A stretch of 64,000 bases of DNA from Candidatus Parcubacteria bacterium (GTDB lineage: Bacteria > Patescibacteriota > Patescibacteriia > Patescibacteriales > UBA12465), in NCBI GenBank assembly GCA_023444045.1, contig JAEZRQ010000006.1, positions 29,533-93,532 on the forward strand. Reading direction: 5' to 3'. The notes under the pieces were generated by a model. That model was not told the origin of the DNA. It saw only the letters and a program-made list of their open reading frames with translations, and searched no databases. The first letter of the stretch is position 1, and every line of letters begins with the position of its first letter. The position numbers and the translations under genes were made by a program. Positions 47,938 through 56,524 of the stretch are shown one piece after another.

Positions 47938-48396
47938 ATGAAATGTCCAATCTGTTACTTTGACGATACTAAGGTGGTTGATTCTCGGGTAGCGATGGAT
48001 GGTTTGTCTATTCGCCGCCGCCGAGAATGTTTAAAGTGTAATTTTCGTTTTTCTACCTATGAAGAGGTCGAAATTTTAGATTTAGCAATTGTTAAGCGTG
48101 ATGGGAGAAGGGAATCATATAATCGTGAGAAATTAGTTAGTGGTCTGAAGAAATCTTTAGAGAAAAGAGCGGTTACCGATGATAAGTTTAAGCAGTTAAT
48201 TCATGGTATTGAAAGGGAATTACAAAAATTGCGTAAGAGTGAAATTACTTCCAGACAGGTCGGACAAATTGCCATGAAACAACTTAAAAAAGTGGATCAG
48301 GTTGCTTATATTCGCTACGCTTCGGTCTATGAACAGTTTAAGGATGCTAATGAGTTTAGAAAAGAACTTAATAAATTAATCAAAGAAAAAAAATAA
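47938..48396 (+). CDS. nrdR: transcriptional repressor NrdR
   Basis: MKCPICYFDDTKVVDSRVAMDGLSIRRRRECLKCNFRFSTYE Zn-ribbon + ATP-cone. 152 aa. Confidence 0.9.
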   Translation: MKCPICYFDDTKVVDSRVAMDGLSIRRRRECLKCNFRFSTYEEVEILDLAIVKRDGRRESYNREKLVSGLKKSLEKRAVTDDKFKQLIHGIERELQKLRKSEITSRQVGQIAMKQLKKVDQVAYIRYASVYEQFKDANEFRKELNKLIKEKK

Positions 48397-48464
48397 TTTA
48401 ATTAAGGTTTTAAGGATTCTAAAATTCTTTAAGTTTATAATCTTTAAAACATTAAGAGTTTCTT

Positions 48465-50531
48465 ATGTCCGAAACAATCACTCAAATTCGCAAGCGTTCC
48501 GGCGCGATCGTTGATTTTGACAAAAACAAAATCACTATTGCTATCAAAAAAGCTCAAGAAGCTATTTCTCAGATTGATGATAAATTAGCTGAAGATTTGA
48601 GTGCTAAAATTATTGCTAAGATTACTACCCATTTTCACAAGAATACTATTCCAGCAGTTGAAGAAGTGCAAGATATTGTTGAGGAAACTTTAATTGAAAA
48701 TAAACAAATTGCCTTAGCTAAAACTTACATCCTTTATCGCGATCAACATCGTCAGATTAGAGATATTAGTAAGGGGACTTCCGATGAAAAGTTGATGGAA
48801 GACTATTTGGGGCGGGCCGATTGGCGCCTTAAGGAAAACAGTAATATGAGTTTCTCTGTGCAGGGTTTAAATAACTATATTGCCTCTGCTGTCTCTGCTC
48901 GTTACTGGCTGAATAAACTCTATCCAGAAAATATTCGTGAAGCTCATGTTGGTGGCGATTTACATATTCATGATCTTGGTTTACTCGCCCCATATTGTTG
49001 TGGTTGGGACTTAAAAGATTTATTAATAAAAGGTTTCCAAGGAGTTCCAGAAAAAGTTCAAAGTAAACCACCAAAACATTTTCGCAGTGCTCTAGGGCAA
49101 ATTGTTAATTTCTTTTATACCATGCAAGGCGAAGCCGCTGGAGCTCAGGCTTTTTCTAACTTTGATACTTATTTAGCGCCATTTATTCGTTATGATAATT
49201 TAACCTACAAGGAGGTAAAACAGGGACTGCAAGAATTCATGTTTAATGTGAATGTTCCTACGAGAGTCGGTTTTCAAACTCCTTTTACCAATGTTACTCT
49301 TGATGTTACTCCTTCAAAATTAATTGGTGAAGAAAATGTTGTTATTGGTGGTGAGGTTAAAGCTGAGAAGTATAAAGATTTTCAAGTAGAAATGGATATT
49401 TTTAATCAGGCTTTTGCTGAGGTAATGCTTGAGGGTGATTCAACTGGACGTGTTTTTGGCTTTCCAATTCCTACTTATCAAATTGATAAAAACTTCGACT
49501 GGGATAGAGAGTGTCTGAAGCCAATGTGGGAGATGACTGCTAAATACGGCGTTCCTTATTTTTCTAATTTTGTTAATTCTGACATGGACCGAGATGATGC
49601 CCGTTCTATGTGTTGTCGTCTAAGACTTGACAATAGAGAACTTCGCAAAAGAGGTGGTGGTTTATTTGGTGCTAATCCTTTAACTGGTTCTTTAGGCGTA
49701 GTAACAATTAACCTACCTCGTTTAGGGTATTTATCAAAAGATAAGGAAGAATTTAAGCAAAGACTAACCGCTTTAATGGAAATTGCTAAAGAGAGCTTAG
49801 AAATAAAAAGAAAGGTGGTAGAAAAATTCACTGATGACGGCCTTTATCCATATTCTCGTTTTTATCTACAAGATATCAGAGAGCGCTTTGGTTCTTACTG
49901 GCAAAATCACTTTAACACCATTGGTATTAATGGTATGAATGAGGCGGCAGTAAATTTAATAGGAAAAAATATTTCTACTCCAGAAGGACAAGCTTTTGCC
50001 GCTGAAATTCTAGACTACATGAGAGAAAAAATGCTGGAGTATCAAGAAGAGAGTGGTAGTTTATATAACTTAGAAGCGACTCCTGGTGAGGGTTGTACTT
50101 ATCGTTTTGCTAAAAAAGATAAAGAAGTTTATCCGGAGATAATTTGTGCTAACGATGCGGCGGTTCGTGAAAATGGTTTACCGCCATATTATACTAACTC
50201 CTCTCACTTACCAGTAGGATTTACTAGTGATATTTTTACCGCCTTAGATTTACAAGATAATCTGCAAACAAAATATACTGGCGGTACAGTTTTACATGGC
50301 TTTATCGGGGAGAGGATTAAGGATGGTGAAGCAACTAAAAAGTTGGTTCAAAAAATTGTAAACAACTACAAATTACCATATTTTACCATTACCCCAACCT
50401 TTTCTATTTGCCCTAAACACGGCTATCTTTCTGGTGAGCATAAATATTGCCCAAAATGCGATGAGGAAATTGGTTATAAACCAGAAAATGATGTTAGTAG
50501 TACTCGTTTAGCTAATACAGATAATAATTAA
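48465..50531 (+). CDS. nrdD: anaerobic ribonucleoside-triphosphate reductase (class III) catalytic chain, lacking the C-terminal glycyl-radical motif
   Basis: N-terminal ATP-cone (ITQIRKRSGAIVDFDKNKI). Glycyl-radical-enzyme barrel with CCRL. C-terminal Zn site TPTFSICPKHGYLSGEHKYCPKC, then stop. No RVxGY motif in this ORF. Confidence 0.85.
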   Translation: MSETITQIRKRSGAIVDFDKNKITIAIKKAQEAISQIDDKLAEDLSAKIIAKITTHFHKNTIPAVEEVQDIVEETLIENKQIALAKTYILYRDQHRQIRDISKGTSDEKLMEDYLGRADWRLKENSNMSFSVQGLNNYIASAVSARYWLNKLYPENIREAHVGGDLHIHDLGLLAPYCCGWDLKDLLIKGFQGVPEKVQSKPPKHFRSALGQIVNFFYTMQGEAAGAQAFSNFDTYLAPFIRYDNLTYKEVKQGLQEFMFNVNVPTRVGFQTPFTNVTLDVTPSKLIGEENVVIGGEVKAEKYKDFQVEMDIFNQAFAEVMLEGDSTGRVFGFPIPTYQIDKNFDWDRECLKPMWEMTAKYGVPYFSNFVNSDMDRDDARSMCCRLRLDNRELRKRGGGLFGANPLTGSLGVVTINLPRLGYLSKDKEEFKQRLTALMEIAKESLEIKRKVVEKFTDDGLYPYSRFYLQDIRERFGSYWQNHFNTIGINGMNEAAVNLIGKNISTPEGQAFAAEILDYMREKMLEYQEESGSLYNLEATPGEGCTYRFAKKDKEVYPEIICANDAAVRENGLPPYYTNSSHLPVGFTSDIFTALDLQDNLQTKYTGGTVLHGFIGERIKDGEATKKLVQKIVNNYKLPYFTITPTFSICPKHGYLSGEHKYCPKCDEEIGYKPENDVSSTRLANTDNN

Positions 50532-50560
50532 TTTAAATATAAAAATTTAAGCATAAAAAT

Positions 50561-50707
50561 ATGAGCCCAATTCAAACTAAAAGACAAGAGTGTATTGTTT
50601 ACAGCCGCGTTGTTGGTTGGTTAACTCCAGTTAGAAATTTTAACCCAGGAAAAACTTCAGAATATGGTGATCGCTTAACATATAAGGTAGAAGACTGCAA
50701 CTGTTAA
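50561..50707 (+). CDS. 48-aa ORF encoding the detached NrdD glycyl-radical tail (not in the ORF track)
   Basis: MSPIQTKRQECIVYSRVVGWLTPVRNFNPGKTSEYGDRLTYKVEDCNC. Matches as recalled the canonical NrdD C-terminus RVCGYLGSP...RPFNAGKQEE...R (RVVGWLTPV..RNFNPGKTSE...R). Own ATG in a different frame, 30 nt after the nrdD stop, with stops in all frames between. Confidence 0.45.
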   Translation: MSPIQTKRQECIVYSRVVGWLTPVRNFNPGKTSEYGDRLTYKVEDCNC

Positions 50708-50796
50708 AAAATAAAACAGGAAAACCTAAGTGACTAAGGTGCTCCTTCCTTTGGTCTGAAGGTTGTCTATCTGGTCCTTTTTCCTTCTGCAAAAAT

Positions 50797-51516
50797 ATGA
50801 TTATTGGCGGACTTGAAAAAATGACTTTAATTGATTATCCAGGACAGGTGGCGGCAATTGTTTTTACTAAAGGTTGTAATTTTAGATGTCACTTTTGCTA
50901 TAACCCATTGCTTGTCTGGCCCGATCAGGAGACAGACGAAAAAAAATATGAAAAAACTTGTCCTCTTATTTCTGAGGATGAGTTTTTTCTTTTTTTGAAG
51001 AATAGGGTAGGGAAATTAGACGGAGTGGTTATTACTGGCGGTGAACCAACTATGCACCGTGATTTACCAGAGTTTATTAAGAGGATAAAAGATTTGGGGT
51101 ATAAGATAAAATTAGATACTAACGGTACTAACCCACAAATGTTGACAGAAATTCTACATCAGAAATTAGTTGATTATTTAGCCATGGATCTTAAGGCCCC
51201 CTTTAATAAGTATCAAGAGGTGGTTGGAGTAAGCATAAACTGTCAGAATTTAGAAAAAAGTGTTAAAATGATAATTGAAAGCGGATTACCGCATGAGTTT
51301 AGAACCACCATTGTCCCCGGATTAATTGAACCAGCAGATATCTCTGTTATGGGTGAGCTTATTGCTGGCGCTAATGCCTGGTATTTGCAGAAATTTAAGT
51401 CTGACGTGGAGTTGGTTGATCGCGGTTTAGAAAAAAAGTCAGCTTTTTCGGAAATAGAAATGCAGGATATGTTAGATTTAGCTAAAAAGTATGTTAAACT
51501 TTGCGAATTAAGATAA
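50797..51516 (+). CDS. nrdG: anaerobic RNR-activating radical-SAM enzyme
   Basis: CNFRCHFCYNP (CxxxCxxC) radical-SAM cluster, GGEPT SAM-binding motif. Position directly after nrdD. Confidence 0.8.
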   Translation: MIIGGLEKMTLIDYPGQVAAIVFTKGCNFRCHFCYNPLLVWPDQETDEKKYEKTCPLISEDEFFLFLKNRVGKLDGVVITGGEPTMHRDLPEFIKRIKDLGYKIKLDTNGTNPQMLTEILHQKLVDYLAMDLKAPFNKYQEVVGVSINCQNLEKSVKMIIESGLPHEFRTTIVPGLIEPADISVMGELIAGANAWYLQKFKSDVELVDRGLEKKSAFSEIEMQDMLDLAKKYVKLCELR

Positions 51517-51520
51517 ACAT

Positions 51521-51766
51521 ATGTCCCAAGAACAAGATAATGAAAAAAATCAAAAAACTAGCTTAAGTCCGGAAGAGTTAAGTCTTCTTAAGAAAAATTT
51601 AGAAGTTAGTGAAGCTGTTTTAGAAAAAATAATCTCTATTAAGAAATATATTAAATTGCAGCAAGTCTGGGCGACCGTGAGATTATTAATTATAATTATA
51701 CCTCTTATTATTGGTTTTCTTTATTTGCCAAATTTTTTAGAAAGATATTTTGATAAAATGTTTTAA
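51521..51766 (+). CDS. small C-tail-anchored membrane protein
   Basis: 81 aa, hydrophilic N-terminal half, C-terminal TM (VRLLIIIIPLIIGFLYL). 6 nt upstream of the ATPase gene. Confidence 0.4.
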   Translation: MSQEQDNEKNQKTSLSPEELSLLKKNLEVSEAVLEKIISIKKYIKLQQVWATVRLLIIIIPLIIGFLYLPNFLERYFDKMF

Positions 51767-51772
51767 TAGTCT

Positions 51773-53536
51773 ATGAGTAATAAAGACATTGCGGTTTTTG
51801 CACAAACAACTTTTAGAAACGAATTTAAAAAATTCGGCATCAAAACTGACGACCGTCGCCGTCATATGTATTTGATTGGAAAAACTGGTATGGGTAAGTC
51901 TACTGTTTTGGAAAATATGATTGTAGATGACATTAGGGCTGGTCGAGGAGTGGCGGTAGTGGATCCTCATGGTGATTTAGCTGAAAAAATCATGCAATAT
52001 ATTCCCGCTGAAAGAGTAAATGATGTTATCTATTTTAATCCGGCTGACATGGAATACCCAATCGCTTTTAACGTTGTAGAACAAGTTGACCATCATCTAC
52101 AACATTTAGTGGCTTCAGGGTTGATTGGTGTTTTTCAAAAACTATGGGCAGATTCTTGGGGACCACGTTTGGAATATATTTTACGTAATGCTATCTTAGC
52201 TATTTTAGATTTTCCGGGATCCACACTTTTGGGGGTAGTCAGGATGTTAAGCGACAAACCATACCGTAAAAGAGTGGTAGCTAACATTAAAGATCCAGTA
52301 GTTAAAGCTTTTTGGGAGAAAGAATTTGCTGGTTATGCTGATAAATTTGCCTCAGAAGCGGTGTCCCCAATTCAAAATAAAGTCGGTCAGTTTTTATCTA
52401 GTGCTCTGATGAGAAATATTGTTGGTCAGGTAAAATCAGCTATTAATTTAAGGCAGATAATGGATGAAGGCAAGATTCTAATCATGAATCTTTCAAAAGG
52501 TAGAATTGGTGAAGACAACTCAGCTTTACTGGGGGCGATGATGATTACTAAAATTCAATTAGCAGCCATGAGCCGTGTTGATATTCCTGAAAAAGAACGC
52601 CGGGATTTCTATTTATATATTGATGAGTTCCAAAATTTTTCTACTGACTCTTTTGCTAATATTCTTTCTGAAGCTAGAAAGTATCGTTTAGACTTAATCT
52701 TAGCTCATCAATATATTGAGCAGCTGACTGAAAAAGTTAAACCGGCTGTTTTTGGAAACGTTGGTACGATGATTTCTTTTCGGGTGGGAGCTTCTGATGC
52801 AGAAGCTCTAGCTAAAGAATTTATGCCGGTTTTTAATGAAGAGGATTTGGTTAATCTCCCTAAGTATGAGATGTATTTAAAATTAATGATTGATGGCGTG
52901 GCTTCTTCGCCTTTTTCTGCTAAGGGGTTGCCACCACTAACTGAAGAAGAAAAGACTGGTCAAGAAGAAAAAGCAGTTAGGTTATCAAGGGAAAAATATG
53001 CCACTCCAAGGGAAATTGTAGAAGAGAAAATAATGAGATGGCACGAAACGGTTGAAGAATTTTCGGCAGCCGCTACTGGCAAATTATCTGTTCCTACTAG
53101 CGAGACTATTCAAGACAGTGCTAAGACTCCGCCGCAAGATGTTCCTGGTTTTGGCTTTAAAACCAATTGCGCACTTTGTGGGGTTACTACCTTTACCCCT
53201 TTTGAACCAGATGGCGTCAGACCAGTTTTTTGCAAACAATGTCTAAGTAAAAAGAAAGAGGAGAGGCGCGTGGAGCTTGAAAATAGGCAAACCCAGAAGA
53301 AAGAACCAACAATAAAAATAGAGCCTAAAAAAGAAGTTATTACTCCAAAAATAAATCCGGTTGTACTAAAAAAGAATCCAAATATTAAGGGGAGAGAAAA
53401 CCAAATAAAAAAACCACAACCTTTTAGGCCTTCTAGTTTAGCAGAATTTGAAGTTAAAGAGACTCCAAAAGAAACAATATCTCTAGAAAGTTTAACAAAA
53501 GTTCAGCCGCTGGATTTTCGTGGCAGGCCAGAATAA
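51773..53536 (+). CDS. VirD4/TraD/HerA-superfamily P-loop ATPase (DUF87/TrwB_AAD-like) with C-terminal C4 zinc ribbon and Lys-rich tail
   Basis: Walker A IGKTGMGKST followed by VAVVDPHGDLAEK. Walker B-like YLYIDEFQNF. C-terminal CALCGVTTFTPFEPDGVRPVFCKQC. No N-terminal TM segment. Confidence 0.55.
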   Translation: MSNKDIAVFAQTTFRNEFKKFGIKTDDRRRHMYLIGKTGMGKSTVLENMIVDDIRAGRGVAVVDPHGDLAEKIMQYIPAERVNDVIYFNPADMEYPIAFNVVEQVDHHLQHLVASGLIGVFQKLWADSWGPRLEYILRNAILAILDFPGSTLLGVVRMLSDKPYRKRVVANIKDPVVKAFWEKEFAGYADKFASEAVSPIQNKVGQFLSSALMRNIVGQVKSAINLRQIMDEGKILIMNLSKGRIGEDNSALLGAMMITKIQLAAMSRVDIPEKERRDFYLYIDEFQNFSTDSFANILSEARKYRLDLILAHQYIEQLTEKVKPAVFGNVGTMISFRVGASDAEALAKEFMPVFNEEDLVNLPKYEMYLKLMIDGVASSPFSAKGLPPLTEEEKTGQEEKAVRLSREKYATPREIVEEKIMRWHETVEEFSAAATGKLSVPTSETIQDSAKTPPQDVPGFGFKTNCALCGVTTFTPFEPDGVRPVFCKQCLSKKKEERRVELENRQTQKKEPTIKIEPKKEVITPKINPVVLKKNPNIKGRENQIKKPQPFRPSSLAEFEVKETPKETISLESLTKVQPLDFRGRPE

Positions 53537-53699
53537 CAGAAACCACAGACTGATTTTATTAAAGAAGATGATAAAAAGATTGAAGAGATTTTTAAGGATT
53601 GGCCAGATGGTGCAGATTTAAGTGAGGGGCAGGAAATAGACTTAAACCAAAATAATTAGTAAATTAAATTTTTAAGACAGTTATTATTGTTATATTTTT

Positions 53700-54272
53700 A
53701 TGTATTTATTTTTTGATACAGAGACCACCGGATTACCACGTGATTATAAAGCGCCGGTTTCTGATTCTAATAATTGGCCGCGCTTAGTACAAATTGCTTG
53801 GGCTTGGTTTGATGCTGATGGTAATGCTTGGGATAGTTATAGTTATGTTATTCGTCCGGATGGTTTTACTATTTCAGAAGAGGTGGCAAAAATTCACCGC
53901 GTAACTCAAGAGAGAGCTGAACGTGAGGGGGTAGATTTAAAGCAAGCGCTGGAGCATTTCTCTGAAGAAGTAAAAAAGGCGGAGTTTATTATCGGCCATA
54001 ACATTGATTTTGATGATAAAATAGTCGGTGCAGAGTTTTATCGGTTACAGATGCCTAACGTTTTAGATTTAGCGAGAAAAATCTGTACCATGAAAAGTAG
54101 TGCGGATGTCTGTAAGATAACTAACAGTTATGGGCGCTATAAGTGGCCAAATTTAACAGAACTTTATAGTTATTTATTTAACACTGGTTTTGAAGAAGCT
54201 CACGATGCGTTGGTGGATGTTAGGGCTTGTGCTAAATGCTTTTTTGAGTTAAAAAATAGAGGCGCTATTTAA
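53700..54272 (+). CDS. DEDDh 3'-5' exonuclease (DnaQ/Pol III epsilon-like)
   Basis: Exo I FFDTETTGL, Exo II IGHNIDFDDKI, Exo III HDALVDVRAC. Confidence 0.8.
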   Translation: MYLFFDTETTGLPRDYKAPVSDSNNWPRLVQIAWAWFDADGNAWDSYSYVIRPDGFTISEEVAKIHRVTQERAEREGVDLKQALEHFSEEVKKAEFIIGHNIDFDDKIVGAEFYRLQMPNVLDLARKICTMKSSADVCKITNSYGRYKWPNLTELYSYLFNTGFEEAHDALVDVRACAKCFFELKNRGAI

Positions 54273-54291
54273 ATACTGATATAAAACTCAA

Positions 54292-55875
54292 ATGACAGAT
54301 TATTTAAAAATTGGCAAGGCTACAGAGCTTTCTGGAAAGGATTATAAATTATACCGAGGTTTAGAAATGATTCCCGGTGTTTTTTCTTTAGGGACCCTTA
54401 TTTTATTAATCGTTTTTTCCTATTTTAAGCCGGTCTGGGTTGCTTATTTTTTAATTGCCTTTGATGTTTATTGGTTACTGCAAGTTATTTATTTGGCGCT
54501 ATATTTAGTTTCCTCCTACCGTAAAGTGCAGAGAAATATCAAAGTTGATTGGCGTCTGCGTTGTCTGTCTTTAATAGCTGAAGACACGAGTCTGCCTAGT
54601 GACTGTTTAGCTAAAGCAGGTGTTCGCTGTGAGGACTTGTATCACTTAATAATTCTACCTACTTATAATGAAGATATTGAGATTATTAGAACCGCCCTTA
54701 ATTCTTTGTTGGAGGATGGTTTTCCGACTCAACAAATGATTGTGGCGTTGGCAATGGAGGAAAGAGCGGGGGCGATTGCTAAGGAAAGAGCGGCTGTAAT
54801 TGAGAGAGAATTTTCTTCTCAGTTTGGCCATTTTATTATTACTTTTCATCCTGATGGCATTGAGGGGGAATTAAAAGGAAAAGGGGCTAATCAGGCTTGG
54901 TGCGGCCGTCAAGTAAAAGAAAATGTTATTGATAGAGAAAATATTCCTTATGATAAGATTTTGGTTTCAGTTTTTGATATTGATACCATTGTTAATCCTG
55001 GCTATTTTTATGCTTTGTCTTATAAATTTTTAACAGTGCATAGTCCTTACAGATCTTCTTACCAGCCAGTGCCGGTGTATCATAATAATATTTGGAGTAC
55101 CCCATTTTTTTCTAGAGTGGCCGCCGCCTCTAATACTTTCTGGCAAATGATGATGCAAATTAGGCAAGAGAAGCTGGTAACCTATTCTTCTCATTCAATG
55201 ACCTGGAAGGCCTTGGTGGATATTGGTTTCTGGTCAACAAAAATGGTTAGCGAAGATTCACGAATTTTCTTTCACTGTTTAGTTCATTATAAAGGTGATT
55301 ATCGGGTAGAACCACTATATGTCATTGTTTCTATGGATGCGACTGCTGATACTAGTTTTAGTAAAACAGCTAGCAGTCTGTATAAACAACAAAGACGTTG
55401 GGCTTGGGGGGCGGAAAATGTGGCATATTTGATTTTTAATTTCATTAAGATGAAAAATGATTCTCGTTCTGGTAAACGAAGAATTTTTAATCATATTTTA
55501 GTTCAACTTTACGGTTTTCATTCTTGGGGAACGAGTGCTTTGATAATTGCCATTATTGGTTGGTTGCCGATGTTATTGGGTGGTGATCGTTTTAACTCCA
55601 CAGTTTTATCAGGAAATCTACCGGCAATTACTTCTACCTTAATGAATATGGCAATGATCGGAATGGTCCTTTCCGCGGTTGTATCCAATTTACTACTGCC
55701 AAAAAGACCTAAGAAGTATTCTATCTGGAAAAGTTTTTCCATGGTGGTTCAATGGATTTTTGTGCCGGTTACAATCATTATCTTTGGCGCTATTCCTTGT
55801 CTTGATGCTCAGATTCGTTTAATGCTTGGAAAATACATGGGATTCTGGGTGACACCTAAAGAAAGGAAAGAATAA
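54292..55875 (+). CDS. processive family-2 glycosyltransferase (cellulose-synthase-like), polytopic membrane protein
   Basis: LPTYNE, DID, KGANQAW and QQRRWAWG (Q-x-x-R-W) motifs, with TM helices at both ends. Confidence 0.7.
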   Translation: MTDYLKIGKATELSGKDYKLYRGLEMIPGVFSLGTLILLIVFSYFKPVWVAYFLIAFDVYWLLQVIYLALYLVSSYRKVQRNIKVDWRLRCLSLIAEDTSLPSDCLAKAGVRCEDLYHLIILPTYNEDIEIIRTALNSLLEDGFPTQQMIVALAMEERAGAIAKERAAVIEREFSSQFGHFIITFHPDGIEGELKGKGANQAWCGRQVKENVIDRENIPYDKILVSVFDIDTIVNPGYFYALSYKFLTVHSPYRSSYQPVPVYHNNIWSTPFFSRVAAASNTFWQMMMQIRQEKLVTYSSHSMTWKALVDIGFWSTKMVSEDSRIFFHCLVHYKGDYRVEPLYVIVSMDATADTSFSKTASSLYKQQRRWAWGAENVAYLIFNFIKMKNDSRSGKRRIFNHILVQLYGFHSWGTSALIIAIIGWLPMLLGGDRFNSTVLSGNLPAITSTLMNMAMIGMVLSAVVSNLLLPKRPKKYSIWKSFSMVVQWIFVPVTIIIFGAIPCLDAQIRLMLGKYMGFWVTPKERKE

Positions 55876-55931
55876 TTAGAATTTTTTTCTCTAGTTTGCT
55901 ATATTATAAGTACCGCTTTTATAATAAAAAA

Positions 55932-56360
55932 ATGATAGATCGTTCTTATGGCCTGAGTCCGGCCGATCGTAGACAAAATAACCAACCGTATTGGCGAAAA
56001 TTTTTAATGAGCCAGCGTTTTTTGGCAATCGTTTTTTTATTAATTATCATGGCTATCATATTTCCTCTGGCTAGAAGTTTGAGCCAAAAAAAAGTAATTG
56101 AGAAAGAGATTGCTGAAATGAAGCGCGACAATGAAATTTATCGGAATAAAAATGAAGATTTAAGGGAAATGATTGAATATTTACAATCAGATATTTCTTT
56201 AGAGGAACAGGCTAGACTCAATTTAGGTTTAAAGAAGGTTAATGAAGATGTGGTGGTGGTAAACCGTCAATCAGTGGCCCAAGTTGCTAGTGTTAGCGAG
56301 GTAGCAGTTAATTCAAGAAATATTAATTGGGATAAATGGTTAAATTATTTTTTTAAATAA
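55932..56360 (+). CDS. ftsB: cell division protein FtsB/DivIC-like (septum formation initiator)
   Basis: Single TM (FLAIVFLLIIMAIIF), coiled coil, C-terminal EEQARLNLGLKKVNEDVVVV motif. Start placed at ATG 55932. Confidence 0.65.
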   Translation: MIDRSYGLSPADRRQNNQPYWRKFLMSQRFLAIVFLLIIMAIIFPLARSLSQKKVIEKEIAEMKRDNEIYRNKNEDLREMIEYLQSDISLEEQARLNLGLKKVNEDVVVVNRQSVAQVASVSEVAVNSRNINWDKWLNYFFK

Positions 56361-56363
56361 AAA

Positions 56364-56394
56364 AACAAGGACTTTTAAATGTTCTTGTTTTTAT
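56364..56394. terminator. Rho-independent terminator between ftsB (+) and tRNA-Thr (-)
   Basis: AACAAG-(14 nt)-CTTGTT hairpin followed by TTTATT. Confidence 0.4.
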
Positions 56395-56396
56395 TG

Positions 56397-56472
56397 TGGA
56401 GCCGAGAATGGGGCTTGAACCCACGACCTGCACGTTACGAATGTGCTGCTCTACCAACTGAGCTATCTCGGC
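56397..56472 (-). tRNA. tRNA-Thr (anticodon CGT)
   Basis: Reverse complement folds as a cloverleaf: acceptor GCCGAGA/TCTCGGC, D-arm GCTC-AGTTGGTA-GAGC, anticodon loop TTCGTAA, T-arm GTGGG-TTCAAGC-CCCAT, 3' CCA encoded. Confidence 0.75.
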
Positions 56473-56524
56473 TAGAGATTTCAGTTTAATTATAGATTTA
56501 TTAATTATTTAAAGTCAAATAAGT

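Noticed and set aside
50400-50720. Group I intron or intervening sequence in nrdD (by analogy with phage T4 nrdD)
   Set aside because: The gap between the Zn-ribbon coding region and the glycyl-radical tail ORF is only about 130 nt, AT-rich and unstructured. That is too small for a group I/II intron, and no conserved P-elements are seen.
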